DNA of 62,606 bases from contig VMEU01000004.1 of NCBI GenBank assembly GCA_007375675.1, positions 1 to 62,606 of the forward strand. The letters are read 5' to 3'. Positions 54,349 to 62,498 of the stretch are shown here, piece after piece; within the stretch, counting starts at the first letter, position 1; every line of letters begins with the position of its first letter. Origin of the DNA: Parcubacteria group bacterium Greene0416_39. GTDB lineage: Bacteria > Patescibacteriota > Minisyncoccia > Minisyncoccales > UBA10102. The translations under genes were made by a program, and so were the position numbers. Below the pieces are notes generated by a model. The model was not told the origin of the DNA. It saw nothing but the letters and a program-made list of their open reading frames with translations, and made no database searches.

Positions 54349-55323
54349 ATGACGAGCTCAAAAAAAACTGCTTCTGAATTGAGACGGGATCCGGTATCGC
54401 AAGAGTGGGTTGTGATTGCAACCAGAAGGGCACGAAGGCCTAATTCTTTTGTAAAAGAGAAGAGAACAGACTGGAGGGTTTCAAAAAAAGACTGCCCTTT
54501 TGAACACTTGCAAGACGAGGGCGTCCCTGCAAACTGGACAACCATTTCAATTCCTAACAAGTATCCCGCATTCTCTGTTGGGAAGAAACTCAACACAAGG
54601 AACATTGGCCCCTACCAGGTGATGGACGGGATTGGATTCCATGAAGTGGTGATCACAAGAGACCACGAGAAAGACATTCCCCAGTTTAGTCTGTCTAAGG
54701 TAAAAGAACTCATTGACCTTTACCAGGAGCGGTACCTTGATTTAATGAACGAGCCTTTGGTGAACTATGTTGCCATTTTTAAGAACAAGGGGCCCTCGGC
54801 CGGCGCTTCTGTTGCCCACCCGCACTCCCAGATCATTGCCGTTCCCGTTACTGACCCCGACGTGGAGCAGAGCATCAAGGGTTCTTTGCATTTTTGGAAA
54901 ACGCACAAAAAATGCGCGCATTGCCTTATGATTGCGTGGGATAGGAAAGAGAAAAAGCGAGTCGTGTTTGAAAATGCTTGCTATATTGCTCTTTGCCCCT
55001 TTGCTTCCAGCGTTGCTTTTGAGATACGCATTTATCCTAAAAACCATTTTGCATATTTTGAGAGAGCAGATGATTTTGAAAAACAATGCTTGGCCGAAGT
55101 ATTTTTAAAAACCTTTCAAAAGCTTGAGAAAGGCCTCAATGATCCTGACTACAACTACTTTTTGCACACAGCCCCTGCTGACGGAAAAAACTATGATTAC
55201 TACCACTGGCATTTTGAGATTCTTCCTAAGACCGGAACATGGGGAGGTTTTGAGTTGGGCACCGGAGTGAAAATTTCTACCATTGAGCCAGAAACAGCAG
55301 CAGAGTTTTTACGAAAACAATGA
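54349..55323 (+). CDS. galT: Galactose-1-phosphate uridylyltransferase-like (HIT family)
   Basis: LRRDPVSQEWVVIATRRARRP and HPHSQII (HxHxQ). Confidence 0.85.
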   Translation: MTSSKKTASELRRDPVSQEWVVIATRRARRPNSFVKEKRTDWRVSKKDCPFEHLQDEGVPANWTTISIPNKYPAFSVGKKLNTRNIGPYQVMDGIGFHEVVITRDHEKDIPQFSLSKVKELIDLYQERYLDLMNEPLVNYVAIFKNKGPSAGASVAHPHSQIIAVPVTDPDVEQSIKGSLHFWKTHKKCAHCLMIAWDRKEKKRVVFENACYIALCPFASSVAFEIRIYPKNHFAYFERADDFEKQCLAEVFLKTFQKLEKGLNDPDYNYFLHTAPADGKNYDYYHWHFEILPKTGTWGGFELGTGVKISTIEPETAAEFLRKQ

Positions 55324-56096
55324 AAAGGCCACTTATTATTGCCAATTGGAAGATGCGTCCTGGAAATTCAAAGGAAGCGTTTGATTTGGCCAAGGCCGTT
55401 GCGAAGGGAGTAGAGGATCTTGAAGCAGACGTGGTATTGTGCCCGCCTTTTGTGTATATTTCAGACATCGTTAGAGCGTCCTCCTTCGCTCGTCAACAGA
55501 CGAGCTATGGAGGATCCTCCGTAGCCCTTCGGTCTGAGGCCTCAGGATCGAAGACCTTCGGCGTAGGAGGACAGGATTGTTTCTGGGAACAGGAAGGGCC
55601 GTATACAGGAGAGGTTTCTCCAGTGATGCTGCGCAACCTTGGATGCACCCATGTTATTCTTGGGCATTCGGAACGCAAACGGTATCTCAATGAAACCGCA
55701 GAAATGGTGAACGCAAAAATAAAAGCAGTTCTTCAGCAAGGGTTGATTCCGGTAGTATGCGTAGATGAGCCAGAACAGAATCTTGAGCTGCTTCTCAAAG
55801 GTATTTCGCAATCGGAATTGAAAAACAGCGTGTTGGTGTATGAACCTGCATGGGCAATCAGTACTTCCCATGGGCAGGCTGCAACACCAAAACTACTGAA
55901 AGAAACAGCTGCGTTTATGAAAAAATTTATTCCAGCCCAAACTCCTATTCTTTACGGTGGCAGCGTGGAGAGCAGGAATATCAAAAGCTTTCTCGGCCCT
56001 GAACTTGGTCAGGGAGTATTGGTTGGGGGAGCTTCGCTTCAGGCAAAGGAGTTTGTTACCCTTGTAAAGAATGCTTCTATTGCTCTTGCCCCGTAG
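55320..56096 (+). CDS. tpiA: Triose-phosphate isomerase with ~25-aa hairpin-encoded insertion
   Basis: IIANWKM, GHSERK and YEPAWAISTS. The insertion SFARQQTSYGGSSVALRSEASGSKT is encoded at about 55485-55560. Confidence 0.92.
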   Translation: MKRPLIIANWKMRPGNSKEAFDLAKAVAKGVEDLEADVVLCPPFVYISDIVRASSFARQQTSYGGSSVALRSEASGSKTFGVGGQDCFWEQEGPYTGEVSPVMLRNLGCTHVILGHSERKRYLNETAEMVNAKIKAVLQQGLIPVVCVDEPEQNLELLLKGISQSELKNSVLVYEPAWAISTSHGQAATPKLLKETAAFMKKFIPAQTPILYGGSVESRNIKSFLGPELGQGVLVGGASLQAKEFVTLVKNASIALAP

Positions 56097-56151
56097 TGAA
56101 ATTTGGACCAAACTTCGTTTGCTGAAAGCAGTCCAAATTCTACTACGGGGC
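56088..56151. repeat. TIR hairpin element, short copy (64 nt)
   Basis: GCCCCGTAGTGAAATTTGGAC - 22 nt - GTCCAAATTCTACTACGGGGC, with 19/21 complementary. The tpiA TAG stop lies in the left arm. Confidence 0.8.
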
Positions 56152-56189
56152 TTGTAAAAAACGCCGCGCTCGTGTAGAGTGGCTGAACG

Positions 56190-56699
56190 ATGGACCCATT
56201 TTTAAACGGTCAATTTTATAGTCCTACAAAAGGCCCTCTTTCTTTGGAAGCGGTGTTGGACGCGCTCAAAGAATACATGGAAGAGAAGCCGCATAATGCC
56301 TATGAGCTTGTGGTTGGGTGCGATTCAAGCCCGTCAGAAGAACCTACATTTCCTGTGGTTGTGGTGGCATTGCGCAAAGGAGAAGGAGGAAGGTTTTTCT
56401 TGAAACGCGTGCAGTACCCAAACAAGAAGTTCTATCACATGCAGGAACGTATTCTGCAAGAAGTGTATCTTTCCTGCCAGTTGGCCCTGTATCTTCGCGA
56501 CGCCTTTGGAACTTTAATGAAACAAAAACATCCTGAAATTTCCTACCAGTTTGAATACATTCATGCAGACATTGGAGAAAAGGGCCCAACAAAAGACATG
56601 ATTAAGGAGGTTACAGGTCTCATACGAGGAAACGGCTTTGAACCCAGAATCAAACCTTACTCTTTTGCCGCATCTACGGTTGCAGATAGGTACTCCTAA
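56190..56699 (+). CDS. YkuK/DUF458-like RNase-H-fold protein
   Basis: FYSPTKGPLSLEAVLDALKEYM...YELVVGCDS pattern. Family assignment is from memory. Confidence 0.65.
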   Translation: MDPFLNGQFYSPTKGPLSLEAVLDALKEYMEEKPHNAYELVVGCDSSPSEEPTFPVVVVALRKGEGGRFFLKRVQYPNKKFYHMQERILQEVYLSCQLALYLRDAFGTLMKQKHPEISYQFEYIHADIGEKGPTKDMIKEVTGLIRGNGFEPRIKPYSFAASTVADRYS

Positions 56700-56708
56700 T
56701 AAAATCGT

Positions 56709-57764
56709 ATGGTAAAGAAAAATCCTAAAGTATTTGTGGCAATGAGCGGGGGGGTTGATTCTTCGGTTGCTGCGGCTCTTTTGAAGAGGGATGGTTTTAG
56801 CGTTGTTGGCGTATACATGAAGTGTTGGATCGCAACCGATCCATTATATCAAGGTTGTACTTCTGTTGATGATGAACGCTCGGCAAGATTGGCGGCGGCA
56901 CATCTTAAAATCCCTTTTTATACTTGGAACTTTATCAAAGAGTACAAAAAGCGAGTGGTGGAGTATATGCTTGAGGGCTATGGAAAAGGAATTACTCCCA
57001 ACCCAGATATTATGTGCAACAAGGAGATTAAGTTTGGCTTGTTTTTTGACAAGGCAATGAAACTCGGCGCAGATTTTATCGCAACAGGCCACTATGCCAG
57101 GCTTGAGCGCGGGAAACTCTTGCAAGCAAAGGATAAAAACAAAGACCAGTCGTACTTTCTCTCGTTTATAAAACCAGAGGTGCTTTCGCGTACGCTTTTT
57201 CCGATTGGGAATTATACCAAGCCGGAGGTGCGTGAAATGGCACGAAAGCTCGGCCTGCCCAATGCAGAAAGAAAAGACAGCCAGGGGATCTGCTTTATCG
57301 GCAAAGTTGATTTTAACGAGTTTTTAAAACAGCATATTATTTCAGACCCCGGAGAAATTGTTGATACCGTAGGAACAGTGCTTGGAAAACACGACGGGCT
57401 TGCCCTCTACACCATTGGCCAAAGAAAGGGAATCGGCCTCTCTGGAGGCCCTTACTATGTAGTACGAAAGGATTTTGAAAAAAATCGGCTCATTGTGAGT
57501 AAGAATGAGAAAGATTTACAAGCAAATGAATTGCTTTTATCCAATGTAAATTGGTTTGAAAAGCCTGAATCCTTTCCGATGGAAAACATTCAGGCAAGAA
57601 TTCGTTATCGTCAGCCCACCTCGAAAGCGAGCGTAGTGCCAGTAGAGGGCGAGAAGGGGCTGTACCGTCTCGTTTTTTCAGAGCCTCAACGCGCAGTGAC
57701 CGCGGGCCAATTTGTTGTGTTGTACAAAGGAGAAGAACTCCTTGGTGGAGGCGTGATTGGGTAA
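56709..57764 (+). CDS. mnmA: tRNA 2-thiouridine(34) synthase MnmA
   Basis: VFVAMSGGVDSSVAA PP-loop, NPDIMCNKEIKF and DQSYFL. Confidence 0.93.
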   Translation: MVKKNPKVFVAMSGGVDSSVAAALLKRDGFSVVGVYMKCWIATDPLYQGCTSVDDERSARLAAAHLKIPFYTWNFIKEYKKRVVEYMLEGYGKGITPNPDIMCNKEIKFGLFFDKAMKLGADFIATGHYARLERGKLLQAKDKNKDQSYFLSFIKPEVLSRTLFPIGNYTKPEVREMARKLGLPNAERKDSQGICFIGKVDFNEFLKQHIISDPGEIVDTVGTVLGKHDGLALYTIGQRKGIGLSGGPYYVVRKDFEKNRLIVSKNEKDLQANELLLSNVNWFEKPESFPMENIQARIRYRQPTSKASVVPVEGEKGLYRLVFSEPQRAVTAGQFVVLYKGEELLGGGVIG

Positions 57765-57841
57765 AGGGGGATCTTCTCGTTTTCTCTTTGTTGTATATTT
57801 ATTGCCATGGCGCCATATTGTCGTTACAATAGATACAAGAT

Positions 57842-58426
57842 ATGGGTATAGCAAAGTATAAATATTATTTTTCCAAACCAAGATCTGAAATTGCTAAAGA
57901 CGTACTCGCCTGGCTTTTTGTGGCTGGCGCAATAACCATTGCTGCTACTTCTCCGTATTTTATTCAAAATGTGTTAAACGCAAATCAAAAGTTAAGAAAG
58001 TACCCAAAACGAAAAATTCAGGATACGTTTTCATCGTTTCGAAGAAGGGGATTGTTGGAAATTCGCCGTCGCAATAACCAGGTCTCTATTGCCCTCACAA
58101 GAGAGGGCAAGAAAAAGGCAGGACTTTTTCAGATAAACGACTTGCGTATTTCACGACCACGAAGGTGGGACGGTAAATGGCGTGTGCTTGTTTTTGATAT
58201 TGCCCACGAGAAAAGATTTTACCGAGAAGCTCTGCGGGGCAAACTCAAAGAACTTGGATTTTTCCTCTGGCAAAAAAGTGTATGGGTACATGCGTTTAAC
58301 TGTAAAGCCGAGATGGAACTTCTGCGAGATTTTTTTGGACTGAGTATGCAAGAAATGTGTTTAATTGTTGCAGAGCATATTGAAAATGATGGAAAACTAA
58401 GAGAATTTTTTGATGTCGATACCTAG
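57842..58426 (+). CDS. Membrane-anchored wHTH plus Cas2/PaaX-C-like ferredoxin-fold protein (hypothetical)
   Basis: TM helix (VLAWLFVAGAITIAA). The pattern WDGKWRVLVFDIAHEKRFYREALRGKLKELGFFLWQKSVWVH resembles PaaX C-terminal / Cas2-like folds. Confidence 0.45.
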   Translation: MGIAKYKYYFSKPRSEIAKDVLAWLFVAGAITIAATSPYFIQNVLNANQKLRKYPKRKIQDTFSSFRRRGLLEIRRRNNQVSIALTREGKKKAGLFQINDLRISRPRRWDGKWRVLVFDIAHEKRFYREALRGKLKELGFFLWQKSVWVHAFNCKAEMELLRDFFGLSMQEMCLIVAEHIENDGKLREFFDVDT

Positions 58427-58567
58427 GAGTTGTTGTCTATTTGTAGCCATGGCTTCAATTGGACGTTACCCCTCTCTACTTGCCATTTGAGGAGCTCAGA
58501 GTCCTTCTAAGGAATCCCCGCTCCGAGTCTGGAGGTGTGATTGCATAGCCAACAGAAGCCAAAGGAA

Positions 58568-58607
58568 GGGGGAGGAAGGAGTGATCCTTCCACCCCCCTT
58601 ATTTTTT
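58568..58607 (+). terminator. Strong hairpin plus T-run just upstream of alaS
   Basis: GGGGGAGGAAGG-AGTGAT-CCTTCCACCCCCC followed by TTATTTTTTT. Confidence 0.55.
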
Positions 58608-58616
58608 TGGTATAAT
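58608..58616 (+). promoter_or_regulatory. Extended -10 box TGgTATAAT, 7 nt upstream of alaS ATG
   Basis: TATAAT at 58611-58616 and ATG at 58624. Confidence 0.45.
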
Positions 58617-58623
58617 TTTTCAC

Positions 58624-60489
58624 ATGGGTTCTGGCGAATTACGCAAAAGATTTTTAGAGTTTTTCAAGGAGAGAGGACATAGTGTTATTCCCTCCTCTTC
58701 TTTGGTTCCAGGGAATGATCCAACAACATTGTTTACCGGATCTGGCATGCAGCCTTTGATTCCTTACCTCTTGGGGCAAAAGCATCCTATGGGGACGAGA
58801 TTGGTAGACTCCCAAAAGTGTTTTCGGGCAGACGACATTGAAGAAGTGGGAGATAATCGTCACACCACCTTTTTTGAGATGCTGGGGAACTGGTCTCTGG
58901 GGGACTATTTCAAGGAAGAACAGCTTCCCTGGTTTTTTTCTTTTTTGGTAGATGAACTTGGTTTGGATCCGCAGAAGCTGTATGTTACGGTGTTTGCGGG
59001 GGATCCCAAAAACAACATTCCCAAAGATGAGGAGTCTATTGCCATTTGGAAGCGTCTGTTCGCGGAGAAAGGCATTGAGGCAAAGGATGTTGTTCTGGAC
59101 ACGTCAGAAAAGGGGAGTGAGCTTGGCATGCAGGGTGCTCGCATTTTCGCCTACAATGCAAAAAAGAACTGGTGGAGCAGGGCAGGAGCGCCAGAGAATA
59201 TGCCCCCAGGGGAGCCGGGAGGGCCTGATTCTGAGGTGTTCTTTGAGTTCACGCAGGTTGAGCATAACCTTGCCTTTGGCCAGAACTGCCACCCCAACTG
59301 CGACTGCGGCAGGTTCTTGGAAATTGGAAACTCAGTCTTCATGGAATACAAGAAACAAGAGAACGGGGGCTTTGAAAAATTAGTACAGCGCAACGTGGAC
59401 TTTGGCGGGGGATTGGAGCGCATTACGGCAGCCTCCAACGCAGATGGCGATGTCTTCAAAATCGACACTCTGCACGCGGTTATTCAAAAAATCGAAGAGT
59501 TGTCGGGTGCCCGCTACGAAAGTGCGTTCCAGCAGTCGTTCCGAGTGGTTGCCGATCATATTCGGGGCGCCGCATTTATGATTGCAGACGGAGTTCTGCC
59601 TTCCAATACCGAGCGCGGGTACTTTGTGCGCAGGCTGCTGCGCAGAGCCGTTAGGCACGCAGATAAACTTGGTATGAAGCAAGGCGTGTTTGCTGAACTT
59701 GTTTCACCAGCCATTGAGAACTACGGGGAACAGTATCCAGAGATAAAAGAACAAGAACAGCTTATCAAAGAAACAATCCAAAAAGAGGAAGTCAGGTTCC
59801 GCGAAACGTTAGCTAAGGGTTTGAAAGAGTTTGAAAAGCTGAGCGGTAAGGGAATTTCAGGGTACGAAGCCTTTAACCTGTACCAAAGCTATGGGTTTCC
59901 TTTGGATGTTACCCTGGAACTGGCAAAGGAAAAAAACATTGAGGTTGACCGGGATGGGTTCCAGCAAGAGTTCCAAAAACATCAGGAAGTCTCCAGGACT
60001 GGGGCAGCAGGAAGATTTAAGGGCGGCTTGGCTGACGCTTCTGTTGAAACCACAAGGTTGCACACGGCAAACCACCTTTTGCTCGCCGCTTTGAGGCAGG
60101 TGCTAGGAGAACACGTGCACCAGAGGGGCAGCAACATTACCGCAGAGCGGATACGCCTGGATTTTTCTCATCCGCAGAAAGCGGCTCCCGAAGAACTCAA
60201 AAAAGTAGAGGAGTTGGTGAATGAAAAGATTCAAGAAGGGCTTGGTATGATAAAAAGAGAGATGTCAAAAGAGGAAGCACAAAAACTCGGGGCTGAAATG
60301 GAGTTTGGGATAAAATACGGAGACGTTGTCTCTGTGTACTTTGCAGAGGATGAGAAAGGGAATGTGTTTTCCAAGGAGTTTTGCGGAGGGCCGCACGTAA
60401 AGAATACTTCCGAGCTTGGCAAGTTCAAAATTCTCAAAGAAGAAGCAGTGTCAGCCGGCATCCGCAGAATCCGAGCAGTTCTTGATTAG
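58624..60489 (+). CDS. alaS: Alanine--tRNA ligase, short form lacking C-Ala domain
   Basis: FTGSGMQP and FFEMLGNWSLGDYFK class II motifs. Editing-domain HTANHLL and CGGPHV. 621 aa. Confidence 0.94.
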   Translation: MGSGELRKRFLEFFKERGHSVIPSSSLVPGNDPTTLFTGSGMQPLIPYLLGQKHPMGTRLVDSQKCFRADDIEEVGDNRHTTFFEMLGNWSLGDYFKEEQLPWFFSFLVDELGLDPQKLYVTVFAGDPKNNIPKDEESIAIWKRLFAEKGIEAKDVVLDTSEKGSELGMQGARIFAYNAKKNWWSRAGAPENMPPGEPGGPDSEVFFEFTQVEHNLAFGQNCHPNCDCGRFLEIGNSVFMEYKKQENGGFEKLVQRNVDFGGGLERITAASNADGDVFKIDTLHAVIQKIEELSGARYESAFQQSFRVVADHIRGAAFMIADGVLPSNTERGYFVRRLLRRAVRHADKLGMKQGVFAELVSPAIENYGEQYPEIKEQEQLIKETIQKEEVRFRETLAKGLKEFEKLSGKGISGYEAFNLYQSYGFPLDVTLELAKEKNIEVDRDGFQQEFQKHQEVSRTGAAGRFKGGLADASVETTRLHTANHLLLAALRQVLGEHVHQRGSNITAERIRLDFSHPQKAAPEELKKVEELVNEKIQEGLGMIKREMSKEEAQKLGAEMEFGIKYGDVVSVYFAEDEKGNVFSKEFCGGPHVKNTSELGKFKILKEEAVSAGIRRIRAVLD

Positions 60490-60541
60490 ATCAAGTATTT
60501 TGATAGAATGAAGATAGCATAAGAGCCGGGTACATTACCTT

Positions 60542-60772
60542 ATGCGGGGAGGGAAAGTGGCTACTCAAGGGCAAACTTCAACCGGGAAGCGGTGGAGAAA
60601 CGACAAGATTCCAATACCCAGCAAAGATGAGCTTCGTGCCCTTCTTGCGCGTTATACAATTGGTCAGATAGCTATACAGAAATCCACGAGTCGTCAGACT
60701 GTAACTAAGTGGGTCCATGACTACGGACTTCAAGCGGGAAGAGGCCGTTGGGGAGGAGGGGCCCACACATAG
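60542..60772 (+). CDS. Small HTH DNA-binding protein (hypothetical)
   Basis: IGQIAIQKSTSRQTVTKWVHDYGL resembles an HTH. A terminator follows. Confidence 0.45.
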   Translation: MRGGKVATQGQTSTGKRWRNDKIPIPSKDELRALLARYTIGQIAIQKSTSRQTVTKWVHDYGLQAGRGRWGGGAHT

Positions 60773-60793
60773 AAGCGCCCGTTGTTGAACGAA

Positions 60794-60837
60794 AATCCCC
60801 GGCCAAGGGAACACAAAACGGCCGGGGATTTATTTTT
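60794..60837 (+). terminator. Intrinsic terminator
   Basis: AATCCCCGGC-17 nt-GCCGGGGATT followed by TATTTTT. Confidence 0.7.
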
Positions 60838-60887
60838 GGCATTCGCCGCCTGCGCGCAGTTGTAGAATAATAGTGAGGTAAATTTTT

Positions 60888-60916
60888 TTGACAAAACGGG
60901 TTTTATCCGGTAAGAT
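60888..60916 (+). promoter_or_regulatory. Promoter TTGACA-17-TAAGAT
   Basis: Hexamers at 60888-60893 and 60911-60916. AAGGAG SD at 60940. Confidence 0.5.
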
Positions 60917-60953
60917 AAATTGAGCAAATTTCATGGCGTAAGGAGACCTCCTA

Positions 60954-61211
60954 ATGAGAGCAAAGGGAGAAGAACAGGTACTGGAAGACCTCAAGCAATG
61001 GATTGATCGAGCTTTCTACCATGAGGACTGGACTACGGTTGCTAGTCTTGCAGAAAAAGCGCTGCGGGACTACCCTCAGTGGTTTGAGGCAGCAATCTGG
61101 CTTCAAGCTGCTCGGGTTGAAATCCTCGCTTTGAAGTATCCAGAAGATCCCGACGTCCAGCGAGTCGTACAAGCGAATCGTTTCGTACGCAAGCTAGCCA
61201 AAAAGGGTTAG
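60954..61211 (+). CDS. Small helical protein (hypothetical, 85 aa)
   Basis: Has its own promoter, SD and terminator. TPR-like helical composition. Confidence 0.45.
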   Translation: MRAKGEEQVLEDLKQWIDRAFYHEDWTTVASLAEKALRDYPQWFEAAIWLQAARVEILALKYPEDPDVQRVVQANRFVRKLAKKG

Positions 61212-61241
61212 GGTCGTGAGTGTCTCTCGACTCTACCCAAG

Positions 61242-61279
61242 ATCCCCAGCCGGTGGCCATCGGTTGGGGATTTATTTTT
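61242..61279 (+). terminator. Intrinsic terminator
   Basis: ATCCCCAGCCG-8 nt-CGGTTGGGGAT followed by TTATTTTTG. It shares GGGGATTTATTTTTG with the terminator at 60794. Confidence 0.7.
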
Positions 61280-61319
61280 GCAAAATAATAGGTTCAGTGT
61301 ACAATGAACAGGAACCCAT

Positions 61320-61745
61320 ATGAAAATTATGATTTTAGGAAGCATGACCTTTGCTAAGGAAATGCTTGAAACAGAACAGCAGTTAAAGGAGCTTGGCTTG
61401 GAAGCGATAGCTCCTTTTGACGCAAAAGAGCATGCAGAAGATGATGCCCTTATTAATGACTTTGCACGGAATCTGGAATATTGCATCAAAGATGATGTTA
61501 TTCGCAAGGGTTTCCAGCAGGTGGCAGACGCAGATGCCGTGTTGGTGTTGAACTATCCAAAGAACGGCATTGAAGGATACATTGGCACCTCAGCCTTAAT
61601 GGAACTTGGAATTGCTCATTGGCTTGGGAAAAAGATATTTCTTCTCCATAATATTCCAGCGCCAGAGCAGTGCCGCTGGGCGCATGAGGTACAGATTATG
61701 CAGCCAGTAATTCTTCGAGGAGACCTTACGAGAATCTCTGTTTGA
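61320..61745 (+). CDS. Nucleoside 2-deoxyribosyltransferase-like Rossmann protein (putative)
   Basis: MKIMILGSM..., ADAVLVLNYPKNGIEGYIGTSALMELGIAHWLGKKIFLL pattern. Confidence 0.45.
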   Translation: MKIMILGSMTFAKEMLETEQQLKELGLEAIAPFDAKEHAEDDALINDFARNLEYCIKDDVIRKGFQQVADADAVLVLNYPKNGIEGYIGTSALMELGIAHWLGKKIFLLHNIPAPEQCRWAHEVQIMQPVILRGDLTRISV

Positions 61746-61746
61746 T

Positions 61747-62319
61747 ATGAAGATTATTCTTGGGTCTGCGTCAAAACAGAGAAAAAGGGTTTTGGAAAGA
61801 GCAGGGTACCGTTTTGAAGTCATGGCAGCTGATATTGATGAAAAGGCGATTCGGCTTGACGACCCCAAAGAACTTACCATGGCTTTAGCCAAGGCAAAGG
61901 CAGAAGTGTTGCTGCCTCAGATCAAGGAGCCTGCTCTGCTCATTACCGCAGATCAGGTGGTGGTATGGAACGGACAGATTTTAGAGAAGCCGGAAAACGC
62001 AGAGGAAGCGCGGCAATTTCTCAGAGGATACGCACAGTATCCAGCCCAGCCCGTCAATGCCACTGTTGTGACCAACACGGAAACAGGAAAACAGATAGGG
62101 GAGAATGACATCAATACAGTCTACTTTAAACCCTTCCCAGATGAGGTCATCGAACAGCTTATCCACGAAGGCAATATCTTTTCCCAGGCAGGCGCATTTT
62201 CTCTAGAAGATCCTCTGGTCGCGCCGTATGTTGACCATATTGAGGGAACCCTCGATAGCATTGAGGGGTTACCTTTTGAATTAACCCAACGACTGCTCAA
62301 AGAGGTGAGGACACATTGA
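61747..62319 (+). CDS. maf: Maf-like nucleoside triphosphate pyrophosphatase
   Basis: IILGSASKQRKRVLERAGYRFEVMAADIDE... and GAFSLED. Confidence 0.88.
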   Translation: MKIILGSASKQRKRVLERAGYRFEVMAADIDEKAIRLDDPKELTMALAKAKAEVLLPQIKEPALLITADQVVVWNGQILEKPENAEEARQFLRGYAQYPAQPVNATVVTNTETGKQIGENDINTVYFKPFPDEVIEQLIHEGNIFSQAGAFSLEDPLVAPYVDHIEGTLDSIEGLPFELTQRLLKEVRTH

Positions 62320-62355
62320 GTTTCTATCGTTGCATGGTATCATAGAAAGGAACAT

Positions 62356-62498
62356 GCCCCGTAGTGAAAATTTGAAATGATTTCAGTAATGCCTACAGGG
62401 CAAGGTTATGAAAATAAATCATCACACAACAAAAAAGGTTTTGCTCAAGAATAAAGCCAGAAATCATAAGGGCATTATTCAAATTTCTACTACGGGGC
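62356..62498. repeat. TIR element, long copy (143 nt)
   Basis: GCCCCGTAGTGAAAATTTGAA ... TTCAAATTTCTACTACGGGGC. The termini match those of the 56088 copy. Confidence 0.75.

Noticed and set aside
58427-58623. T-box riboswitch upstream of alaS.
   Set aside because: No T-box 14-mer (..GGTGGTACCGCG-like), no AG bulge/GNUGGNA context, and no specifier-loop layout could be found by eye. The terminator also sits before the apparent -10 box rather than after a leader.
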